Shown here: in pieces, positions 30,291-45,772 of the stretch
Layout: each line of letters opens with the position of its first letter
Position numbering within the stretch: position 1 is the stretch's first letter
DNA from: the human T2T-CHM13v2.0 reference genome, Homo sapiens
NCBI RefSeq assembly: GCF_009914755.1
Contig: NC_060936.1
Direction: 5' to 3' (one strand)
DNA: 64,000 nt
The notes under the pieces: model-generated
Databases searched by the model: none
The model's input: the letters and a program-made list of their open reading frames with translations, nothing else
Told to the model about the DNA's origin: nothing
Position numbers and translations under genes: made by a program

Positions 30291-30377
30291 GAACAGTGTC
30301 CAGTGGCTGTCGAGAAGACATCAGGAGGAGGAAGACCCAAGGAGAACAAGGGGAACAGAACCAACCAGGCTTTACAG
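30291..30377 (+). CDS. PLXNC1: PLXNC1 exon 9, 87 nt: EQCPVAVEKTSGGGRPKENKGNRTNQALQ
   Basis: ttccag| acceptor, CAG|gtcaga donor; symmetric phase 0-0. Confidence 0.94.
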
Positions 30378-31544
30378 GTCAGACCCTATTTTTGTGTGGT
30401 TGAGGGGAAAACCTGTCTTTGAATGACCATGACCACAACTCATACTACTTTGGGTTCCTTAAAAAAATTCTCTATTTTACTTTCTACCAAAATTCCCTTT
30501 TGTATCTTTGGTTTTTTAACCAAGTTTCACTTAATTAGCGCAATACATCAAAGTCTGGACACTCACATAAAATAAATTAAAACTCTGTAATTATGAAAAA
30601 TGATGTTGCTCTGGTCGAAATAAAATTGTAAAGGTGACTTTGCGGCTCACTGGTGAAGAGCTGGAAGGAAGTTTAGCATTCCATCTGAGGGATTTCAACT
30701 TGCACTTTATATAATTGCGTTTCTGGGGGTTATGTGTGTGGATGGGGGTCTGTGCAAAGTGTGCAAACTAACCTCGATTCCGTTGTTTTTTTTCAACTTT
30801 GTAGGGACGTCTAACCAGTAGTGAACACTGCTAAACCAGAATTGTTATAGAATGTGTATTTCTCTCGCCTTCTCACAAGCAGTTATTAATCCATGAACTT
30901 TCCTTGGAAATGCCCGTTATTTTCTTCATAGTAAATTACATAAGCCCCCACGTCAGTCATGTTTGAAAAGAGGGGACATGACAACGTAAACATTTCTGGG
31001 CGGAACACATGTGGCTGTGCTTACAACTTCACTCAGTCAACAAAAGTTCATTGAGCATCTATATGTGGTAAAACACAAAAAGAGGATAAGTCCTGCCCTC
31101 GCTAACCTTGGAGTCTAGCAGAAATAGACAAATTAAAAATGACAGCTCTGGGGAGAAAAGGGCTCCATTTTCCATTTCTCTAATCTGTGGTTTTGACTTC
31201 TCCACTTGCTGCTTACCTAAGGTCAAGTGCAAAGGTAAATAAGTAGCATATTTTGAATCATTACTGAAAAGTTTATAGTAACTTCAGGTGAATTAACAAC
31301 CAGGCAGAGGGAATATGAATCAGATGGATATGAAGTTAATTAAAGGCATTAGAAAAGCTTGATGCTCAGGTATCTCCAGACTTTAGCAGTCTCTGAGGTC
31401 TTGTTAAGTAATGGGCTCCTTTTCTCATCCCATTGGTTTGGAAAACTAAGACACAGCGACAAGGACTTGGATCAGGAAGACAGTGGCTTTGTGGCTTTTT
31501 CTTTTTAATTAAACTTTGTTGTTGTTCCAGGGTTTGTTTGTTTT

Positions 31545-33450
31545 TTCGTTTTGATAAAATACACAAACGAAATTTACCATTTTTATTGCTTTTAAGTGTA
31601 CAGTTAGTTGAGGTAAGTACATTCACATCATTGCACAACCTATCTCCAGAACTCTTTTCATCTTGCAAAACTGAAACTCTATGCTCGTTAAATAATAACT
31701 CTTCATCTCTCCTTCCCCCCAGCCCTTGGAAACCGCCATTCTAATTTTTTGTCTCTATGAATTTGACTACTCTAGGTACCTCATGTAATTGAATTTGTCT
31801 ATTTGTGCTGGCGTCTTTCACTTAGCATGATGTCCTCAAGGTTCATCTGTGTGGTCGCATGGATCAGAATTCCCTTCTTTTCTAAGGTTGACTAATATTC
31901 CAGTGTATGTATATACCATATTTTGTTTATCCATTCATCCATGGATTAACGCTTGGGTCGCTTCCACATTTTAGCTATGATGAATAATGCTACTAGGAAC
32001 GTGGGTGTGCTGCTATTTCTTCGAGACCCTGCTCTCAGTTCTTTTCGGTATATGCCCAGAAGCAGAATTACTGGATTGTATTGTAATTCTCTTTTTGGTT
32101 TTTTGAAGAACCATTGTACCGTTTTCCATAGCAACGATACCATTTTGCATTCCCACCAACAGTGCACAAGGGTTCCAGTTTCACCCCATCCTCACCAATA
32201 CTTGTTATTTTCGATTTTGTTTGATAGTAGCCATCCTAATATGGGTCAGGTGGTATCTCATTGTGGTTTTGATTTGCATTTCCTTGATGATTAATGATGT
32301 TGAGCATCTTTGTGTATGCTTGCTGGCCATTTGTATATCTTCTCTGGAGAAATGTCTAATCAAGTCCTTTGCCCATTTTTAAAATTGGGTTATTTTTGTT
32401 GTTGTTGAGTTGTAGGAGTTCTTTATGTATTCTGGATATCAACCCCTTATCAGATATATCATTTGCAAATATTTTCTACCATTCCATAGGTTTCCTTTTC
32501 ATTCCGTTGACTGTGTCCTGTAATACACAGAGTTTTTAATTTTGATGAAGTCCAGTTCATTTATTTTTTCTTTTATTGCCCATGCTTTTGGTGTCAGATC
32601 CAATAAATCATTGCCAAATTCAATGTCATGAAACTTTCTTTCTGCATTTATTTGTAAAGGTCTGTAGCACTTATATTTTGGCCTCTGATTCATTCTCAGT
32701 TCATTTTTATATATGGCGTAAGAAATGGGTCTGACTTCATTCTTTTGCATGTGGATATCCAGTTTTCCCAACATCATTTGTTGAAAAAAATGTCCTTTCC
32801 CCCATTGAATGGTCTTGGCACCCTCGTTGAAAATCATTTCACCATATTTGTGAGAGTGTATTTCTGGGTGTTCTTTTCTATTCTATTGGTCTATGTCTGT
32901 CTTTATGGCAGTACCGCACTGTTTGATTACTGTAGCTTTGTAAAGTAAATTTTGAAATCAGGAAATGTGAATTCTTCAACTTTGTTCTTCTTTTTCAAGA
33001 TTGTTTTAGAAAATAATAAACTTTTAATTTTGAGATAATTGTAGATTCACATGTACTTGTGAGACAATAATACTTAACATCTTTTACCCAGTTTCCTTCA
33101 ATAGTACTATCCTGCAAAACTATAGCAAAACATCACAGTCAGGATATTGACGTTGACAGCAGTCAAGACACAGAACAGCTCTATCGTCACAAGGCTCCCC
33201 AGGTTGCCCTTTCACAGTCGCATCCATTTCCCTCCTCCCTCCCATTCTCCATCTCTGATGCCTGGCAACCACTGACCTCAGCTCCATTTCTATAATTTTA
33301 TCATTTCAATAATTTTATATAAACGGAATCATCCAGATGTACCCTTTGGGGGACTGGCTCTTTTAACTCAACATAATTCTCTGGAAATTCATCCAAGTTC
33401 TTTTATGTATCAATAATTCATTCCTTTTTATCGCTGAGTCGTGGTCCAGG
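31545..33450 (-). mobile_element. Two adjacent L1M (MA/MB-type) fragments
   Basis: L1 ORF2-like reverse peptides (HCWWECK.V..LWKTV; IFNEGAK.IQWGK) and L1M 3'UTR text. Confidence 0.85.
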
Positions 33451-35132
33451 CAGCGGCTTTTTAAACTTCTTTAATTTTAAAGATAAATATCATAAAGTCA
33501 CTACCTCCTGGTTTCCTGCAGTGTATCTCTCTGCACCCTTTGAACTGTGTGGTTAAAAGGACTGGGGTCACCACAAGAGAAGAAGAAGGCTGAAAATAAA
33601 CAAAAGCCCAGATCTGTTTTTAGTGCTTCTCTGTGGATTACCCCTCTAAGTGTGGAGAAAGACATTTTGTTGATACTGACATGTTTTCTTTAAATATGTG
33701 ACTCAGAGCAGAATCTCTCTTTTGTTTGATAGGGAATGGAGTGTTATTTGTCACAGGAGGAATTTCTCGTGCTCTGTCAAACACTGCTGTCTTTCATTAT
33801 CAGGTGGAATGTGTAACATTCTGGTTTCCACTTTGGGCCTTCATGTTGGCCTTGAACAAAGCACCCAATGTCTTTGTGATTCTGTTTCTACCAGAGAAGT
33901 CACTCACAGCTTTGCTTCAATGCATCTGCCCACACCACATATGTACTGAGTACTTCCTGTGTGCTAGGCACTAGGAATGGAGCAGGTACTGTCCTAGGCG
34001 TCTAGGATCCTGAACTTGAGTTGATTCTTTCTAGAGGCATTTATTGCACACCTATTAGATGCAATTATACCGACCTCCACAGATTCCATGAGGAGGATTC
34101 AGATGAATCAGGCACATCTCTGGCCATCAGTCTCAAGAATCTTATCCATGAGTACATGAGTAAAAATACAAGATTTTAAAAATATTAATATGAAGGTACA
34201 AGAAAGTACACAGAGAGCCTCTCTGTGCCCGGGGCTTTGTCTTAGTCCTTCCTGTTTGCTTAAACCCAGTGCCTTGAAGTTGAAAACACTTAATCAGTGT
34301 GGTTGGTTAAGTCTTTGATTGATGGATGGATTGATTGCTGGAGATGGCATTTCAGCCCACCTTTGAGGACGAGAAGCATCCAGACACATGAATGCGGGTA
34401 TTCGAAGCAGAGGAACCAGCATACGCACAGTGTAGGGGTAGGAGCCAGAAGATTCCAGGACACACGCTAGAGGAAACCCTAAGTAGGCACAGAGGATGCA
34501 GGAAATTATGAGACACAAGGTTGAAATGACCCTGGAGCCTGCATATATAGGGCCTCACATACCAGTCCTGTGAGTGCTCGCTTTATTCTTCAGTGGCAAT
34601 GGAATGCCATTCAAGGTATCTTATTTTATTTTTTTAGTGTATGAGTTTGCTAATCCAAGGATCTGGTACTTATGAGGTAGGGTCCTGGTTCAGTCCCTAC
34701 TAGGCCAGTAGCCCTCACACTGTTTCATGACCCCAAGACCTACCCCTGTATCCTGACCCTGAAACGTATAGCGTCATCTGCCAAGGGGGCTGAGTTACAG
34801 AAAAGTGTGACCACAATAGAGAAATGAGCTCAAAAATCTATGTATGACCTTGGAGGAGGAGTATTTCAAGCTATAAAGGCCAGTGTCTGACCGTCTGTCT
34901 GTTTCTTTCCACATATCTAGTAGTTGAAACCTTGTCAGGGACCGTTGGCCCTTTCACCCTGCCCTGACCACTTCTCCTTCCATTTCTTAACATTCTCATA
35001 TCTGGTGCCTTCACTCACTGAGACCAGAGATAGTTCCCCTCTCTTTTGTGCATTCAAGGAGAGATTGTGAAGATTTATGATATGATGTCATTCTAATATT
35101 TGTTATTACCCTCAATATGCTTATCACTATAG

Positions 35133-35526
<394 letters not shown>

Positions 35527-38500
35527 CCTCCATCACTTTTGAATATGCATTTTTGATCTCTCACAGGCAATCCAGATGAATGCTTTTGGGGACCTTGCCT
35601 TCAAGAGTGAAATTAAATTTCACATATACCTTGCTGAGTAGCTTCTATGGGCCTAGCATAGAGCCGGGTACTGTAGAATTAACTTACAATCATTCATTTA
35701 TTCATTCATTCAAAATTTGTTTGCTGAGCAACTACTATGTGCTAGACAGGCAGGCAAAGTGTGTGACTGCATGGAGCTTACATGGTAGAACTTATAATAT
35801 TTTGGAGGAAATAAGATTCATTTTCATGAAGCAGTTGCATGTGCACAAGAGAAAAAGATACAAGAGAGAATGCCAGAATGTACTCAAATGAACAGTGGTA
35901 GCTAAGATTCGCTGAGCCTGTGCCATGCCCTGAGCTCAGAGTATCTAAGCCTCACAATGGACCTATTTTCCCCATTTTATAGATAAGGAAATTTTAGCTC
36001 AGAGAGAGCAAATGGTAGGTAAGAAATATGAATCCAGGCAATCTGACTCAACAGAGTTTTAACCATTACCCTACATTGTATGCCCTAAATTGAATATAAA
36101 CATTGGTTAAACCATACTACTGATGATATTAATAAAAGTCAGTCTGGAAAGGACTCTAATATTGGCTTCTCTTGGCATTAGACTGTCAAAGCCTGCCCCC
36201 GATCCATGCCACACATGTAGGGTGGGAGCAAGACCTCCAACCTGGCCAGGATGTGGGAGGAGTGTATTAACCTCAAAGACATGGGAGAAAGGGGTGGGGC
36301 AGGGTGTGGTCCGAGGGAAGGAGTCAGACCCAGACACGGCTGGGCATCTGCTCCAAGACAAGGAGAGCAGAATAGGCTTAGTGAGGCAACTGAGGCCCTG
36401 GGGAGAGGGGAGCAGCAAGAATCTCATGCATGAGTCGAATCTTGGCCAAAGGGTGGACTTTGAGGGGCTGGGTTTAAATTAGAATCAGGGCCCTCCACTG
36501 GCTGGGAAGAGCTGCCCTCCCTGGCCCTGGAGTTTTGGTCACCCAGTCCAGGTCTGGGGAGCCACACTCAGAAGGCTCAAATGCCAAGAGGAATAGCAGG
36601 TTGTTCGGAGGGTGGGCTTGGCAGCCAAGTCAGCCTCCTTTTAGAGTCTGCAGCTCAGAGAAGTGAGTCTTGATCTCTTCGCACAGGGCATTGGTCTGTC
36701 ACCTTCTATCTGGAAGTCTCAAGCTCTGTGTCCAGAGGCACTGCTCACTATTGGCATTTCCAGGGCCAACTGAAATCACATCTCAAGTTCCCTGGAGCCT
36801 GTACCGAGGGGCCCCCGTGAAAAGGCATTTGTCCCAGGGGCTAAGCATCAAATGGATAACCATTTTGTTCCATTTCACACTCTAATTTTTCTTGAGTGGA
36901 CCTGTATTTTGCTATTTTCTTTCCATATCTCACCTCCTTTTACTCTTTCCCATTTCCACGGCTGGTTACCACTCTTACCAATTTATACATTTCATTAATA
37001 TATTAGTTCTATCCTCTTCTCAGTCATTAATAAAGATGTTAAATAATCCTGAACCGAATACTCACTCCTGTAGGGCCCTACAGGACTCTTTCCTTTAATT
37101 AGTTGTGCTACCTTTCATCTATCTAATGTCCTTCGGTTTCAGATTTCCAGCTGGTTTTGAATCCATGTGACTTTTTATCTAGTCCTGTTTGAACTAATTT
37201 CATGAGTGAAAATCCGAGAGATGTTTTACTGAGTGTTGATTCAGGTCCAGGCCTACAGAGAGTTTGCTATATTCAGATTTTTTTTAACAGATTAATAGAG
37301 TACAATTTGGCCTTAATAAACTGAGCCCTCCTAATGCACCTCTTTCCAATATTCTTTTCAATCATAGCAGTATTTTCTCCATTAATGTCATGGTAATTTG
37401 AATTGTGTTGACGTCAGACTTCACAAAAGGTACTCTTACTGTCAGAAGTAATCCTCTTAGACCTTTTGAAAGATAACTATTTCTTAGTGGTTGTGCTATT
37501 TCCAATATCCTATAATGACTTAGTTAAAAATAAAAAATAAAAAGGATCGGGTATTCTATAAATCTCCTAATTAACCAGCTTCTAATGTGCTTTCTTATAC
37601 AAAACAGGGACTGAAAGCCAGAGCTCATAGTAGTTTATTAAATAAGTTCAAATTGTGCAGCCATTTAAAAATAACCCTGAAGTCTTTAAAACGTAACCTA
37701 CAGGAAGCACACTATTCTGAGGTTAATTGCTGGACAACATAGGGCTGTGACGGTTATAGTCAACGGTATTTTGATTTGAATACATAGAAATCCTTGGACA
37801 TAGAGTGAGGGAGGAATCCCACGATAGGGCTCTAAGAATTTGTCTCTTTGTATTGAGCTCAATTATGTTTTACAATTAACTCCCTCTAAAATGCATAAGC
37901 TTATAGGGCTGGCTACTATATGCCAGGTTTTATGAATTAACTCTTGATGAAAATACAAAAATTGATCTAAAATATTGAATGTGTAGAACCTTTATGGGGA
38001 AATGATTCTTTGCTCTTTTGTCTGTACTGGATTTTTCAAAATCTTTATTGGTAAAAAGAAAGAATGTATTTCTAAGAATTGTTGCAACCATACAGGGCAG
38101 CCATGGAGCTGACTCTACATTTTGTTTTAAAAATGTTGTTTTATACCTGCACTATTTATTTAGGAGGGTCCTCTTGGTAGCTCTTTAACCCATTTATTAA
38201 GATTAGAAGAGGTTCCACCAGCAAACAAAAGACAACTAATCTGAGTCTGTTTGAAAGCAGACTGAAGCACCCACTTTCACAAGACAGGCCAGGGCTGGAT
38301 TCCATCCTAGATGGCCAAGAGAACCCTCTCTAAACAATAGGGGTTTAAAATGTTTTTGAAGTAGCAAGGCGGTCTCCACTCAGGGAAATAAAAAGTTAAT
38401 AAGATGATGTGGCAAGTCCTCTGATGGTGTTCGTAGAGCCATTTAAGGAGCAAAATATAACTTCCTTAAAAAATCTTTTTTACATTAGTTGTAAGGCTCT

Positions 38501-38734
38501 CTTTATCCTCTGCAGAGAATGGAGAAGAAGCATTTACTTGGCATGTTTGAAAATTTTGCTTGAGCAGACATCAACAGTATAAATATAAGAAGCAGGAAGG
38601 ACTATCTAGAAAGAAAAGAAACCTGGGAATCATAGTTGACTTGGATGTAAACGTGAGTCTGCAATGAGGTTTACATAAAAAAAGAAAAAAAATTCTATCT
38701 TGCTCCCCTAAGAAGACAGTGGACTCCTCTAGAG

Positions 38735-39012
38735 CAGAGGTCGGCAAATGTTTTCTACAAAGAGCCAAGACAGTAAATATTTTAGGCTTTGCGGGCCATG
38801 TGGTCTCTGCTGCAGCTACTCCACTCGACTGCTGCAGTGCAACAGCAGCCAGAGACGCTACCCAGACGAATATTTATGGGTGCTGAAATTTGAATTTCAT
38901 GTGTTTTTATATGTCATGAAATATTATTCTTCTTTTGACATTTTGTCATGGCCCATACAAAAGCAGGTAGCAGGCAGGATCTGGCCCACAGACTATAGTT
39001 TGCCAACTCCTG
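38735..39012. mobile_element. hAT-Charlie MITE (MER58-like)
   Basis: TIRs cagaggtcggcaaa ... tttgccaactcctg; 8-bp TSD-like ctctagag/atctagtg. Confidence 0.82.
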
Positions 39013-39819
39013 ATCTAGTGCACACATAGATCATGTGTCCCCCACAATATCTGGCCTAAGGACCCTGTAGGTGCTCAATAAACACTTGTTCTCTTAGCTG
39101 TCACCACGTAAGAGCGAAGAGTAAGCCTTTTGCTATATAACACACACTTGACATTTGCAAGAGATTTATCTTGAAGGCTTTGCTAATCCCCCCATTCCAA
39201 GTACCACTCTAGCAGATAATTTCCCCCATAAAATGCAGTCAAGTATAACAGAATAATTAAAGTGACCCTTTCAGGCCCTTAGTGATTCTATTAATACAGG
39301 GCTAACGTCCTTCACAAAGTGATTAAAATAAATTCTGCTACCAAAATCAATTCTGTGTCATGTTACATCATTGCTGTGATGACATTAACGATGAATTTAC
39401 CTCAATCTGCAAAACCAGTCCAAAGCGCTGATGAGTGATGGGGACGACTGTGCCGTGTAGCACCTGTGTGTGCTGGGGAGCAGAATGAGAAAATGTCTGT
39501 TTGAGCAGGATGGGCAGCCCCTGTAGCCCAGCAATGCCACCCCAATGAGTGTTCCATGTACAAAGGAGCAGAGGATACTCAATTGCTTCAAGAAGCAGGT
39601 GTTAGGCAGGTGTTGGACATCACGGAGTTCTCCCAGTGGCTCAGGGGCTTCTTCCTGGACTCGGTCCTCCAAGTGGATGCACTCAGCATTTAGAATTTCA
39701 CCAAACGTCATGTGATTAAGCATCTCTGGACCTTGGGGTCATTTTCAAATATCAAGACTGAGTATATTCTGCGATGGTAGAGGATGTAGGGGAAAAAAAG
39801 AGTGTGAGTATGATGTTCA

Positions 39820-40300
39820 CTCTTGCTGAAGTTCTGCTGGACTTTATATTGGGTAGAATCTTAGAATCTTATGTCCTGTTTTGGTCACCGTATTATAGAA
39901 GAATACAGACTTGCTGAAAATGGTCTACAAAAGAACAGTGAAATTATCAGAATGATAGACAGTAGCATCTGTAACATAAAAGTGAAAGAACTCAGGATTG
40001 TTTTATCTTGAAAAGGGAAAATGATTCTTGCTATCAAATAAAGGGCTTTTTTTTAAAAGGGAGAATTTGATTAGATATCACAAATGGAGAAGTAAGGTGG
40101 CATTCACCTATATGGTATGAAGCTAGGTAGCAAGGGACTCCAAGGGACATGTTCTTGACCTTAGGCCTGATAAAGTCTATTGAAACTGGGTAGCAAGAAG
40201 GAGGTTGTGGTATCTACAAACCTTGGTTGGCCACAGTGGTTTAGACATCCAACTACTTGATAGTAGGTGACTGAACAGGTTGATTTCTTGAGGTTTTTCC
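39820..40300 (+). mobile_element. CR1/L3 LINE remnant (further fragments near 36900-37320 and 38400-38700)
   Basis: Degenerate CR1 RT text (ttttggtcaccgtattatagaagaatacagac; gaaagaactcaggattgtttt). Confidence 0.5.
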
Positions 40301-40801
40301 CCCTGCAGTATCCTCCTGGATTCAAATAGCCTCACTGTAACAAAAATATGACTGCTTTCTTGGGAACTGAATTTATCTGGAATGACATTTATTTCAACTT
40401 AACGATGAGTCTGTCATTGGCCTACGGTCAATGGACTCTCTTTCTTTTCCTTGATTTTGCTTACATTGTGAGCCTCCAGAGGCTGTAAGGCAGTAAACAT
40501 TTTCAAAACTCTAGTGATACCTCACTCTTCAGACAGAATATCAGACTTTTCAACTGTATTTTCAACTGTCTTGTGAGACAAAGACTAATTGGTTTGACCT
40601 CATGCTGTCACATGTTGAGAGACATGAATCTGCAGCCCTCTTCCTTGAATTCATTGATTTCATTAAACACTGTCTGCTTGTGTTCGCAAAATGTTGTAAT
40701 TTCCCAGTGATTTCTTCGAACTGCAGCGTATAAACAGATTTTTTTGGAGCGATGCCATTTCTTAGCTTTGATCTCCTGTTTTAATCTTTTCTTTCCAATA
40801 G

Positions 40802-40941
40802 GTCTTCTACATTAAGTCCATTGAGCCACAGAAAGTATCGACATTAGGGAAAAGCAACGTGATAGTAACGGGAGCAAACTTTACCCGGGCATCGAACATC
40901 ACAATGATCCTGAAAGGAACCAGTACCTGTGATAAGGATGT
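40802..40941 (+). CDS. PLXNC1: PLXNC1 exon 10, 140 nt, IPT start: VFYIKSIEPQKVSTLGKSNVIVTGANFTRASNITMILKGTSTCDKD(V)
   Basis: tttccaatag| acceptor, GT|gtgagt donor; IPT/TIG pattern I..I.P......G...V.V.G.NF. Confidence 0.96.
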
Positions 40942-43623
40942 GTGAGTCGAAATACTAATAATTTATCCTCGGTAACGTAACGCTCAAACCTGTGCCAAAG
41001 GAATATCAGTGTGATTATAACCTTAATATAGTCAAATTATTGCCATGCCCCAAAGCAGGCCAATTAGTCAGAGTATTTGACATAATATAATTCCAACACG
41101 TAAAATAATTTTCACAACAGATCTGAAGTTCATTGTGAGAGAATCTGTTCTGTGTTATTCCCCAAAAATCTCAGTATATAGTCATTTCAGGATGTTGCCT
41201 GTTTGGGGTCTTGATTCATTTTCAGTAACAAAATCAAGTATATGGAGTAGCAAACATCATTCTTTAGGTGATGCACTTGGAAAAATAGTTGAGTACCTTG
41301 AAATTTGATGGGGAATTTTTTGGAGCAGCTCTTCCAGTGTGCCACCCAAAGTTGAAAAAACAAAACCTCTTGGATTCATTTTATGTGGACATTTTATTCT
41401 TTGTAGCCTTCTCTTTACTGGTTTGGTTTCAGCCTCCAAAAATTAAATTACTACTACATATAATGGTAGTAAAAAAGAACACCCCAACATAAATATCTGG
41501 TCAATGTATCTCTTGAACATTATTATTTCTGTCACTTCTTTCCCAAACTCATCACATCGGTGAAACTTGGAGAAAGACTTTTCAATTTCTACCGATGTCC
41601 TTGTGCAAATGGTTACTCCCCCTTCGAAAAAAAAAAAAATGATGTGATAACTGCAGTTATTAAATAACACAACAGATTATTTGAGTTTTCTGCTTGTTAA
41701 CTCATATAAGTTTGGGCTAATTTGAAGTAAAAGATGTTACAGTCTACATAGAGTATAATACTAAGCTTATTTTCATCATGGAAATGCATTTAAGACAATC
41801 TGCTGAAGCGTGATGTTTTGATTTTTAACTACTAAAACAGATTTGTACAGCATTCTAATCTGCTATGCTTATTTACTGAATTTTCTTCTTTAATTCATTT
41901 TCTGCACATCACTGCCATGCCCTTCCCCTCATAGCAGTAAATTTGGAATATCTGTGATCTTGATGAGAAAAGCTGCTCATTGGTGGCTTGCCTGTGTTCT
42001 GCTATTTGCCAGAATTATCAAGCACACATTAGAGGCTGTATCTATGCAACATAGGTTTTTTTGTGCTGTTTATCCTGGCTAAATACCTTATTGCAAAAAT
42101 CTTTCATTTTATGTAGCGAAATCTGTGAAGTTAGACACCTGTGTATTCACTGAAAGGCAATCAACTTCATGGAAAATAAGTAGTTTTTCGGAGCATTACC
42201 CTGTTTCTGACTCTTTATGTTCTCATTTTAATTCCGAATGTGTCTTGAGATACTGCAGTTATTAAATTAAATGACTAGGAGACCTTTCTGCATGTAGCAT
42301 TTCAGTAACCACATCTGTGTGGTGAAGCCAAGTTCACAAGCAGTCAACATAATACTCAGTTAATCCTATACCTGAGCCCAGGCTGTAATCCCAAGCTCTT
42401 TTAATATGGTACTTTTAAAATGGGTAATTATTTTAAAGAGAAAAATACTAGTAGTGGAATGACCTACATTTTCACCTCTCTTCTTCTGAAATTTATAAAC
42501 AAGTTTGAATTTTAATGTTCAACCACTTTATGATAAATTTCCTAGAGCTTTGCTCTGAATATAAACCTGAAAATGTGCGTCTGAGGTGGCGTAAGTACAA
42601 ACTGACTCAGATGTTTTTGAATTTGCCTTATCCTAAAGGGTTAGTGATAGCATTAAAGTTAATCATCATGCACATGGCCTTTAAGTAGTAATAACAGATT
42701 CTCATGTAGCACGGTTATACTGAGCATTATTCAGACACAACCCAGGCTTAATGATTTGTGCTTTAGAGGATCATTGTAGACACACAGAGGAAGCTGCAGG
42801 TGACAGCGGGAATGTCGGAGAAAGCTTCGCTCTGACTCTGAAAGGGCGCCAAGCATCAGCTGTTGGACATCAGGAGCACCCTGGACAGCCCCAGCTAAGT
42901 CCCAGCCTGGATACTCCTTAGGGAGCATGTTGGCCCCAATGCTGATTGATTCTGAGATGCCTGGGCTCTTGGTTTAGGCCCCCTTTGAACAGCAGAATTT
43001 CCATCTCTGTCTGGTGCTGTGTTTTACCCTCTCAGTGCTTGACTAGGGCTTTTTTTCTTAAGCTTTTTATTATGGAAACTCAAACATAATACAAGAGAGA
43101 TGAGTGTAATGAACCTCTCTGTAGCCATTCCCGGTTTCAAAGCCTATCAACATTTTGCCAATCTTGCTTCATCTATCTTATCTGGGATTTTTGGGGGGGC
43201 ATGATAAGAACCAAACACCATATCCTTCACTGCTAAATACTTCAGTACCTCTCTAACAGATAAGCCATAGTGCCATTATGATACTCAACAGAATTATCCA
43301 CAATTCTTAACATAATGTAACCCCCAGTTCATGTTCTGCTTTCTATTAGTACTTCTTCAGGGCAATGGTTACACCTCCTTCCTTTCCCACTTCTAAGGGC
43401 AATGCAAATAAGAAAGATAAAAATGTACTAAAGAAAGAGGAACCCAACCCCTAATAATACCAACTTGGGTCACTGGCCCCTCATGAGTCAGTAGTTGCCT
43501 GCAGCTGTTCTGCTCCTTCATGAAGTGTTGTAGTTCAAGTGAAATTCATTTGCTGTCACCTTGGGTAATCAACTGTGCTAAGTGTCTGTGTCATGTGAGA
43601 GTTCTTTTTCTACTCTTTTCTAG

Positions 43624-43803
43624 GATACAGGTTAGCCATGTGCTAAATGACACCCACATGAAATTCTCTCTTCCATCAAGCCGGAAAGAAATGAAGGATG
43701 TGTGTATCCAGTTTGATGGTGGGAACTGCTCTTCTGTGGGATCCTTATCCTACATTGCTCTGCCACATTGTTCCCTTATATTTCCTGCTACCACCTGGAT
43801 CAG
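43624..43803 (+). CDS. PLXNC1: PLXNC1 exon 11, 180 nt: (V)IQVSHVLNDTHMKFSLPSSRKEMKDVCIQFDGGNCSSVGSLSYIALPHCSLIFPATTWI(S)
   Basis: cttttctag| acceptor, AG|gtactt donor; phase 2-2. Confidence 0.96.
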
Positions 43804-44325
43804 GTACTTTCTAGATTCATAATCTTTTTCTCATTGTGGTTAAAGGTCATATGCCCAAAGATCATTGATTTTATTCAAGTAAATTCAGAAACAGTGGTCA
43901 TTCCAAATTCCTCTCACCGAGTTCTCCTTAGGATTTACTCCTAGAAAAATGCATACCTGACAAGACATTTGCTTCCCATGCTCATCGTGAATGCTATGAG
44001 CACACCTTTTTCCCTTCACCATGGCTGCTGAGAAACTCACAGCTGAAATGTTTGCCTAGGTTTTTGATATAGATATATGACACTCTTTACTATGTGTCCC
44101 TCCTGCTTGTGATAAAAGGCTTCTTTCTTACCTCTTTCATTTTATAGACTTTAGATACTTTAAGCTGTTTTGAATTCTTTGGGGGAAATATTGGGAGCTA
44201 TCAAAATGAAAAGCAGAATCAACCTTTTCAAGATGTTCCCTAAGGGGGAGATGGAAACCCCAAAATAAACTCTCCCAGATAAATCCAATATGTTAAGAAA
44301 AACATTTATCTCCCTAGTTGAATTT

Positions 44326-44967
44326 TTAAATTTATTACTATTATGTATTTTTTGCATTTTCATGGGTACATAATACTTGTACATGTTTATGGGACACGTG
44401 ATGTTTTTTCTATGATCATACAGTGAATATGTAATCATCAAATCAGGGTAATTGGAGTATCCATCACCTCAAGCATTTATCATTTCTTTCTGTTAGGAAC
44501 ATTCCAATTCCACTCTTCTAGCTATTTTTAAATATGCAATAAATTATTGTGAGTTATAGACACCCTACTATGCTACTGAACACTAGATCTTATTCTATCT
44601 CATTGTATTTTTGTAGCCATTAACCAAACCCTCTTTATCCCTCTCTGGCCCCGCCACACCACCCTTCCCAGCCTCTGATACCCATAATTCTACTCTCTAT
44701 CTCCATTAGACCAACTTTCTCAGCTCCCACATATGGGTGAGAACCTGCAATATTTGTCTGTCTGTGCCTGGCTTATTTCACTTAACATAATGTCCTGCAG
44801 TTCCATCTGTGTTGTTGCAAATGACAGGATCTCATTCTTTTTTGTATGCTGAATAATACTCCATTGTGTATAGGTACCACATTTTCTTTATCCTCTAATC
44901 TGTTGATGGACACTTAGGTTGAGTCCCTATCTTGGTTATTGTGAAGAATGCTGTAATAAAGATTCCT
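44326..44967 (-). mobile_element. L1MA 3' end
   Basis: L1MA 3'UTR text; TSD CCTAGTTGAATTT at 44313-44325 and 44968-44980. Confidence 0.85.
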
Positions 44968-45116
44968 CCTAGTTGAATTTAAATTCACTTTCATAATATT
45001 TTTATTCCTAAATCTCTTTAGGACTAAAATCCTAACGATATTTTCTTTGCCTGACACAGTACGAAGCTAATTTTCAAAGTACTCTCTAGGTAAACCTACA
45101 GACAAAAAGCTTTGTT

Positions 45117-45190
45117 AAAAAAAAAAAAGAAGAAGAAGAAGAAGAAAAGGAGGGGAAGAGAAAGAGGAAAAAAAGTAGAGAAGAAAAAAA
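45117..45190 (+). repeat. Polypurine A/(GAA)n tract
   Basis: Nearly pure A/G stretch with GAA repeats. Confidence 0.85.
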
Positions 45191-45231
45191 TCACTTTTAA
45201 TATTCTTATTTAAGATCAAGTGAGAGGTGGC

Positions 45232-45772
<541 letters not shown>

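Noticed and set aside
39707-39716. MITF M-box-like GTCATGTGAT (also near 7547 and 43590)
   Set aside because: An 8-mer core is expected a few times by chance in 64 kb; no other support
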